A stretch of DNA of 64,000 bases from an uncultured Chloroflexia bacterium. Its GTDB lineage: Bacteria > Chloroflexota > Anaerolineae > Aggregatilineales > UBA3940. The notes beneath the pieces were generated by a model. It had not been told where the DNA came from. It did not search any database and saw only the letters and a program-made list of their open reading frames with translations. This document shows positions 57,313-64,000 of the stretch, one piece after another. The translations under genes were made by a program, and so were the position numbers. The first letter of the stretch is position 1. Each line of letters starts with the position of its first letter. Where the stretch lies: contig CAWBCR010000022.1 in NCBI GenBank assembly GCA_963787375.1, positions 8,041-72,040 of the forward strand, read 5' to 3'.

Positions 57313-59096
57313 TCACTCCTCAATCTGCACGTCGTCCGCGAGGCGAATATGCAGTTCTTCAAGCTGCTCCGCGTCGACCACACTCGGCGCACCGGCCATC
57401 AGGTCAGCGGCCCGCTGCGACTTCGGGAAGGCGATCACCTCGCGGATATTCGGCTCGCCGGCCATGAGCATCACCAGCCGGTCGATGCCCGGTGCGATAC
57501 CTCCATGCGGCGGTGCGCCATACTCGAATGCGTCCAGCATGTGGCCGAATTGCTCGCGGGCCTGCTCAATGTCGAGGCCGATCAGCTCAAAGATCTTCTC
57601 CTGTATGGCGCGGTCGTGGATACGAATGCTGCCGCCGGCCACCTCGTAGCCATTGCACACCAGGTCGTACTGCTGCGACTGCACCGCCGCCGGGTCCGAC
57701 TCGAGCAGATGCAAATGCTCGGGCTTGGGCATGGTGAACATGTGGTGTGATGGCGCGTAGTGGCCGTCCTCAAGCTCGGGCTCAAATAGCGGGAAGTCGA
57801 CGATCCAGCAAAAGCACATCTGGCCAGCGTCGGTGAGATTCAGCCGCGCGCCAAACTCCGTGCGCAGCGCGGACAGCGCCTCGTTGACGACCTTCTCCGC
57901 GCATCAGCCACGATAAGGATCAGGTCGCCGGGCTGCGCCCCTGCATGCGCGACGAGTTCCGCCATCAGGTCATCGCTGAAGAACTTTGCAATACTCGACT
58001 TCCGTGTGCCATCCGAGTCGACGGCCACCGTCGCCAGTCCTTTCGCACCCGCCTCCTTCGCGATCTCCTCAAGCTCGCCGACTTCCTTTCGACTGTAGCC
58101 CGCGCAGCCGGGCGCGACGACTGCCCGCACCCGCCCGCCGGCTTCGAGCGCCCCGTTAAATACGCGGAAGTCGGTGCGCGCGGCGATCTTGCCCATGTCG
58201 ATCAGTTCCATGCCAAAACGCATGTCGGGCCGGTCGGTGCCAAAGCGCTCCAGCGCCTCGGAATAGGCAAGCCGTGGGAAAGGCTTGAAGCTGAGTTCCT
58301 TATCCGACACCGTCTCAACCATGCCGGTCATCAACGACTCGATCAACTGCAGGATATCCTCGCGCTCGACGAAGCTCATCTCCAGGTCAAGCTGGGTGAA
58401 CTCCGGCTGGCGGTCGCCGCGCTGATCCTCGTCACGGAAGCAGCGGGCGATCTGGAAGTAGCGCTCATAGCCGGCGACCATCAGCAGTTGTTTGAGTTGC
58501 TGGGGACTCTGTGGCAGCGCAAAGAACTTGCCGGGGTGCACGCGGCTGGGCACCAGGTAATCGCGCGCGCCTTCAGGTGTGCTCTTGAACAGGATCGGCG
58601 TCTCAATCTCGACAAAACCGCGCTCGCTGAGGTACCTGCGAATGAACAGGACAGCCTCATGGCGCAGCAGCAGATTGCGCTGCATCCGCGCCCGACGCAG
58701 GTCGAGATATCGCCAGCGCATACGGGTCTCTTCGTTGGGCTCCTGCTCACCACTGATCTCAAACGGCGTTGTCCTGGCTGTATTCAGGACGGTGATCGCC
58801 GATGCCTTCACTTCGATTTCGCCGGTTGGCATCTTGTCGTTGACGGCTTCGGGCAGGCGTTTGGCGACAGTGCCCACAATCTGAAGCACGTACTCGCTGC
58901 GAACCTCCGCCGCGCGCGCATGGACGTCCGGTGCTTCGCCAGCATCGATCACGACCTGTGTGATCCCCCATCGGTCGCGCAGGTCGATGAATGTCAGGCC
59001 GCCGTGCTCCCGCCGGCGGTTCACCCAGCCCGCCAGTGTGACGACCTGGCCGGCGTTCTCTGCTCGAAGCTCGCCGCAGTTATGTGTTTTCAGCAT
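57313..59096 (-). CDS. aspS: Aspartate--tRNA ligase, probably non-discriminating (frameshift near 57895)
   Basis: THNCGEL, FIDLRD, STPEGARDY, LPQSPQ, CFRDED, QPEFTQLD, YDLVCNG, GAPPHGGIAPGIDR. Confidence 0.95.
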
Positions 59097-59148
59097 GGAC
59101 TCTTCTCTCCCGTTCGATTTGATGGTTCAAGAAGCGGCCTTCAGCCGC

Positions 59149-59183
59149 AAAAGAAAGCCGCCCGTCGTGTGCACGCGGGCGGC
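59149..59183 (-). terminator. Attenuator terminator in the aspS leader
   Basis: GCCGCCCG...CGGGCGGC followed by TTTCTTTT on the minus strand, between leader ORF and aspS start. Confidence 0.8.
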
Positions 59184-59204
59184 AGTGGTGGCCTGGGAAT
59201 GTGT

Positions 59205-59312
59205 TTACAGATCGTCAGGTCGCACCAGGCTGTGCCCGCTGTGGCAGGGATTAGCATTGGGATTATTCCCATCAACGACGCGCAGAGGCAGCCTGACAGT
59301 CGTGCGGAACAT
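59205..59312 (-). CDS. Putative aspS leader peptide (35 aa)
   Basis: MFRTTVRLPLRVVDGNNPNANPCHSGHSLVRPDDL*; RBS GGAGAGGA 10 nt upstream; four AAT Asn codons within six codons. Confidence 0.7.
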   Translation of the reverse strand: MFRTTVRLPLRVVDGNNPNANPCHSGHSLVRPDDL

Positions 59313-59342
59313 GACGGTTACATCCTCTCCTGATTGTGCAGG

Positions 59343-59372
59343 ATTGTAGCATACACGGCAGATGCAAGTCAA
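59343..59372 (-). promoter_or_regulatory. sigma70 promoter of the aspS leader
   Basis: TTGACT, 18 nt, TACAAT with extended -10 TG. Confidence 0.75.
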
Positions 59373-59431
59373 CAGACAGAAGGCGCGACATCCGCCGCGC
59401 CTCCGTCTCTTGCTGCGCCGCCGATGGCAGG

Positions 59432-60981
59432 CTAGTTGAACGACATCTTGATGTCGCCCAGGTCTGAGTCTCCTGCGTCGCCGGGAATGTCGAGCCAGGT
59501 ATTCTCACAGATATAGTTTGACCCATAGATGAAGAACGCCGAATAGGTCGCTCCACGTGGGACGCCATCGAGTTGGAAGGCACCGGTGCTGTTCGTCTCG
59601 CTGCTGGCGACCACCTGGGTCATATCAAGATGTGTGCCGCTGAAGAACGTGCTGCACGAGACTTTCGGGTTCAGGACGCCGAATACCCCACCGGAAAGAG
59701 GCTGACCGGTGGCCCCATCGACAGCGCGCCCGGTGATAGTGATCCCGCCGCCACCGGCGCTGCCCGCCGAGCCGCCATCGTAGGTCACGCTCAGGTCGTA
59801 GGGCTCTGCCGCGCTCGATCCGCTGTAGCTGACGACGGCTACGTAGAACGTGCCGGCGCTGGTGGGCGTGTAGTCGAAAACTCCTGTGGGTTCTCCGTCT
59901 CAGACGACGCCACCACGTTGGCATCTTTGTCCAGCAGGTAGAGGTCGTAGTCAGTGCCGGACGGGATATTGGTGAGAAGGCCGTCAATAGGTGCAAGCGT
60001 GGTGATCGTGATCCAGAACACGTCAACGTCGTCCGCCCATGAGATATAAGCCGAGATGTGCTGACCGGAAGTGATCGGCCCGGCAGCCTGGTTGAGCGTG
60101 TCGTTAGGCTCGTAGGGATCCGGATCCGATGAGGGTGGCAGGCTGCTCGATTCGAGCGGCGGCGGCGCGCCGGCACTCTGTCGCACCACCGGGACGAGGT
60201 TCACCGGGCGCAGAATGCCCAGCCCGCCCAGCGTCACACCCTCGCGCACGTCGGGATTAACGGCAGTTGGCACTGCCACAAGATTTCCGTACAGGTCGAC
60301 AGCCGTGCCACCGCTGTTGCCGCTGGCAATGGCCGCGTCCGTCTTGATAATCACGCGCCGGTTAGCGCCGCTGACATCTGCGCTCTCGAAACCGCTGACC
60401 GCCCCGGTAGTGAAGGTGATCGTGTCGCCGCCCACGCCGGGATAGCCGAAAATATAGATTCGGTCGCCCAGGCGAAGCTGGTCGGAGTCGCCAATCTGAA
60501 GATAGGGCAAATTCGAGGGACTAGCAGGGTTGCCCTGCAAGTCCGACTTGATACGCAGCAGCGCCAGGTCAAGGTCCTGATCGTAATAAGCGATTTCGGC
60601 GATATACCGCTCCTGAGGCGGCTGGTCGGCGCTGGTGGTCATCAGGATGATCAGCACCGGCGCACCGCACGCCACATGGCAGTTGGTGAGAATCTCCCCA
60701 TCAGGCGATATGATGGTGCCCGAGCCGCTCCACATCGGCGAGAGCGAGCTTCCCTGCGGCTGCGCGGCGATGATCTGCACCGAAGCCTGCGCGATCTGGT
60801 CGATCTGGTCGGGTGTCAGCTCGTTGGGGCGCGGACCTTCGGTGGCCACCTGCGGCTGCGCGGTGGGCTGCTGTGCAGGCTGCTGGATCGGTTGAAGCGT
60901 GGGGCCTGTGGCGACACCGGGCGTGTTGCAGGCCAGCACAGCCAGGGCCAGAACAGAGATGACCAATACTATTCGACGCAT
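59432..60981 (-). CDS. Trypsin-like serine protease lipoprotein with PPC-like and beta-sandwich C-terminal domains (frameshift ~59875)
   Basis: Lipobox VLAC; GSG, TNCHV, DLAL, GNSGG; DPYEPND, DYDLYL; frame continues into ORF 59432..59788. Confidence 0.82.
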
Positions 60982-61011
60982 GGGTGTATTCTCCTCTACG
61001 ACCAGCACCAC

Positions 61012-62436
61012 CTACTGATCAACCGTGAATTGCACCGACCGCAGCAGCCGGTCATAGAGCACCCGGCTGGCATCGAAATCCTCCGGCTCCGCTTCCAGGC
61101 GGAACGTTATCATCCGGCCACCTACCTGCACGTATGTTTCGACACCGCTGACCACCGCCGGGCCCGCGCCGGTGCTGGCGGCGTACTGGTACACCGAACG
61201 GATCGCCGGCTGCCCGCCGACGGTGAGTCCACTGTCGCGGCTCAGTTCCACAAACAGGTTCCGCTGGTAGCTGATGGTGGCGATCCGCTCGGCAACGCGC
61301 AGGTCGAGCGATGAATCAAGGCGGTCCTTCTCGTCGATCACCGTGATGCTCGGCTTGAACACGCCCCGCACCGTCAGATCGCGGATCGCGAAGCTGCTGG
61401 CATCACCCGTGTCGCTGGCCCAGCCAGCAGGATAGCGAAAGTCGACCGGGACAGAACTGCTGGAATAGGCAACCATGCGCGATCGCACCAGCGCCCCGCT
61501 GCCCAATCCGACTGCGACGGCCAGCGCCAGCGCGCCGATCAGCAGCCAATCGTAGCGCACCCGGATATCCCACGGCATGTCTTTGGAACGCGCGTGCGCT
61601 GTGATTGATATGGTCGTCAGATCGCCAACGGCGCGGCGCAGGGCCCGGCGGAAGAACGCGAACAGCACAGCGCCCGCCACCACTGCCAGCACGACAGCCA
61701 CAGCCAGACCATACCACGGATTGAATGACAACCGATTCGAAAGCTCGCCGCTGGCAACCTGGTAAATGCCGTTGATGACGGTCACAATGGCCAGGCCTTG
61801 CGTCATCCAGCCGAGGCTTTTGCCATCAATCTTGACTCGCCCGATGTAGTAACCACTGATCGCGCCCAGCACGCCCTGGATCAGCGCGTTGTCGACAGCA
61901 TAGATAGCCCCTGCCAGCGGCAGCACGCCGCCCGACTGGAGCACGTACGCCACGTTGAGGATGGTTGCGAAACCCAGCCCAGAGGCCATCCCGTACACAA
62001 TGCCATCCGGATGGCGGTCAAACTCAGTGGTGCCGAGCACCACATAGCGCACCATCGCCACCTTGAGCGTCTCCTGCATCAACGCGATGGTGAGGGTCGT
62101 CAGAATGAGGCGCACAACCAGCCCCGAAAAGACGTCGATGGTATGGCCCAGTACGTAACTGGCGAATGGAATGGCGGCTGCCGCTGCCAGCGCACCGAAC
62201 ACGAACATCCGCGCAACCAGCCTCTTGGGCTCCGGTTCAGCGCGGTCCTGCTGATAGAAGAAGGTCATCCAGATCAGCGCTGGGACGAGCGCCAGAAAGA
62301 CTCCCAGCAGCACGACACCGGCGCTGCTGGCAGGGCTCGGCAGCACAGCAGAGATCACGATAAACAGGGCCAGGCCGACCATCGTAATCAGACTGGATAT
62401 CCAGAAACTGCGGCGGTACGACACCTCTTGTTCCAC
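61012..62436 (-). CDS. PrsW-like intramembrane protein with degenerate catalytic motifs and C-terminal PsbP-like domain
   Basis: DRAEPEP, QETLK, FDRHPDGIVYG, GLGFAT; FRYPAGW, VGGQPA. Confidence 0.75.
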   Translation of the reverse strand: MEQEVSYRRSFWISSLITMVGLALFIVISAVLPSPASSAGVVLLGVFLALVPALIWMTFFYQQDRAEPEPKRLVARMFVFGALAAAAAIPFASYVLGHTIDVFSGLVVRLILTTLTIALMQETLKVAMVRYVVLGTTEFDRHPDGIVYGMASGLGFATILNVAYVLQSGGVLPLAGAIYAVDNALIQGVLGAISGYYIGRVKIDGKSLGWMTQGLAIVTVINGIYQVASGELSNRLSFNPWYGLAVAVVLAVVAGAVLFAFFRRALRRAVGDLTTISITAHARSKDMPWDIRVRYDWLLIGALALAVAVGLGSGALVRSRMVAYSSSSVPVDFRYPAGWASDTGDASSFAIRDLTVRGVFKPSITVIDEKDRLDSSLDLRVAERIATISYQRNLFVELSRDSGLTVGGQPAIRSVYQYAASTGAGPAVVSGVETYVQVGGRMITFRLEAEPEDFDASRVLYDRLLRSVQFTVDQ

Positions 62437-62699
62437 GGGCTTACCTCCAGTTTCGGCTCAGCGCATCCGCCAGATTGCGTGTAGCTTACACCACGCTTCA
62501 TGCAGGAGCAAGCAGACAGACCATGCCAGATCGTGCTGAGTGCGGTATGCTCAGCCCGCGAGGAGGGCGTTGTGCGGCGTGCGACACGCATACTGGCGCG
62601 AAAATCCATCCTGCTGATCAGTGTCCCGATGGTCATCGAGCGGGTCGCACTTCTGATGGGTCTGCCGCACGCCGGAGCGGTTCAAGAAGGTGAGGAGGC

Positions 62700-64000
62700 A
62701 TGAGACGGATCGCACTGGAGGCTGCGCTGGGGATTCTGCTGCTGTCCGCGTGCAGCGGTCCACCTGCCGCGCCTATTCCATCTGCGACTCCGGTGCTGCC
62801 ACCCGCCAGCGCAACACTGAACCTCGCGACGAGCCAGCCGCTGCCGCTCGCCAGCCACACGCCGCAACCGACCGGTGCGCAGTCGGCGCCCCCTACCCCA
62901 ACCGCCGATGCAGGCCCGGCGACGCAGATGATCACCGACGGCGACCATTTGCTGGCAGCCGGCGACGCAGCCGGGGCGGTGAACACTTATTCGCAGGCGA
63001 TCATTGCTGACGGCAGCAGCGCTGAAGCCTACGCCCGGCGTGGGGCGGCGTGGCTGGCGCTGGGCCATGACGACGACGCGCTGGCCGACTTCGACGCGGC
63101 GCTGGCCATCGACCCGAACCGTGCCAACGCATACACCGGGCGGGCGCAGGTCCGCATTGCGCGCGGGCAGAACGACGCGGCGCTGTCTGATCTGGCCCAG
63201 GCACTGTCGGTCGATCCGCGTTATGGTCCGGCCTACCTGCTGCGCGGCCAACTGTACGCCAGCATCGATCTGCCGGATGGCAGTCCTGACCGGGCGCTTC
63301 GTGACCTCAACCTGGCGGCGGTGCTGATGCCGGATCGGGCCGACGTGTTCCTGGCGCGGGCGCAGGTCTACGCCGCCAGCGGGCAGACCGGCAGCGCGCT
63401 GGTCGACCTGAACGTAGCGCTCGCGCTCGCACCAGACAACGCCGACGCCCGCTTCCAGCGCGGGCAGATCCACGCCGCAGCGGGCGACTATGAGCAGGCT
63501 GAGGTCGATTACGAGGCGGCGCTCGCCGCCGGGATGCGCTCCACCCCGCTCGACATGGCGCTGGGGCAGGCCTACCTGCACACCGGCGCATACGACAAAG
63601 CCCGCGAGCGGTTCGTCAGCGCCATCACACGCTCGCCCAACGACGCCGACGCCCATTACTGGCTGGGATTATCCGTGTATCTGCTGGGCGACAACGCGCG
63701 GGCTGCGCAGGAGGCAAGTGCTGCGCTCGACCTGGACCCGGAGTCGCTGCCGGCGCTGAGCCTGCGCGCATCGGCCTACCTGGCGCAGAAGGACTGGACC
63801 CACGCCGAGCAGGACTTCATGGCTGCCTACAATGTCGGACCATATACCGATGGGCTGTTTGGAGCAGCGCAGGCACTGATCGGCGCAGGGCGCGACACGG
63901 AGGCGTTGGCGATGCTCAACCGCTATCTGCAAGAAGCGCCGCAGACCGCCGCCAACCGTCCGGTAGCCCAGGTGTTGGCCAACCTGCTGGCACAGCGGCT
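62700..64000 (+). CDS. TPR lipoprotein, runs off window edge
   Basis: RBS GAGGAGG, MRRIALEAALGILLLSAC lipobox; TPRs such as AYARRGAAWLALG and AHYWLG. Confidence 0.85.
   Translation, partial: MRRIALEAALGILLLSACSGPPAAPIPSATPVLPPASATLNLATSQPLPLASHTPQPTGAQSAPPTPTADAGPATQMITDGDHLLAAGDAAGAVNTYSQAIIADGSSAEAYARRGAAWLALGHDDDALADFDAALAIDPNRANAYTGRAQVRIARGQNDAALSDLAQALSVDPRYGPAYLLRGQLYASIDLPDGSPDRALRDLNLAAVLMPDRADVFLARAQVYAASGQTGSALVDLNVALALAPDNADARFQRGQIHAAAGDYEQAEVDYEAALAAGMRSTPLDMALGQAYLHTGAYDKARERFVSAITRSPNDADAHYWLGLSVYLLGDNARAAQEASAALDLDPESLPALSLRASAYLAQKDWTHAEQDFMAAYNVGPYTDGLFGAAQALIGAGRDTEALAMLNRYLQEAPQTAANRPVAQVLANLLAQR

Noticed and set aside
59097-59340. T-box riboswitch upstream of aspS
   Set aside because: No TGGNACC T-box bulge or AGAGA/GNTG stem I motifs seen; a leader-peptide attenuator fits better.

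Overview
This is a GC-rich bacterial core-genome window. Gene content and style suggest Chloroflexota (Anaerolineae-like); that assignment is inference. I found no mobile elements, prophage or CRISPR arrays. About 55 CDSs cover a two-component system, EF-G2, tryptophanase, paired C39-like/TPR proteins with murJ, argS, dcd, gcvH-PA-PB under a tandem glycine riboswitch, tgt, uppP, uvrA, a UbiB kinase, a GltD-like flavoprotein, queG, miaB, the MSMEG_4193/DUF3090/SCO1664 trio, aspS, a trypsin lipoprotein and a PrsW-like protein. RNA genes are tRNA-Val(TAC) and a probable 6S RNA. About 13 genes, including essential ones, carry small indels that look like long-read assembly errors rather than pseudogenisation. 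Two observations stand out. (1) A 991-aa ClpA-like AAA+ ATPase is fused to a near full-length RF2-like domain lacking both the SPF and GGQ motifs; it keeps an LGF ClpP-docking-like loop and lies directly downstream of uvrA behind a putative LexA box. It is a candidate ribosome quality-control factor. (2) Upstream of aspS is an unannotated 35-aa Asn/Asp-containing leader peptide with mutually exclusive terminator and antiterminator pairings, a candidate ribosome-dependent attenuator.
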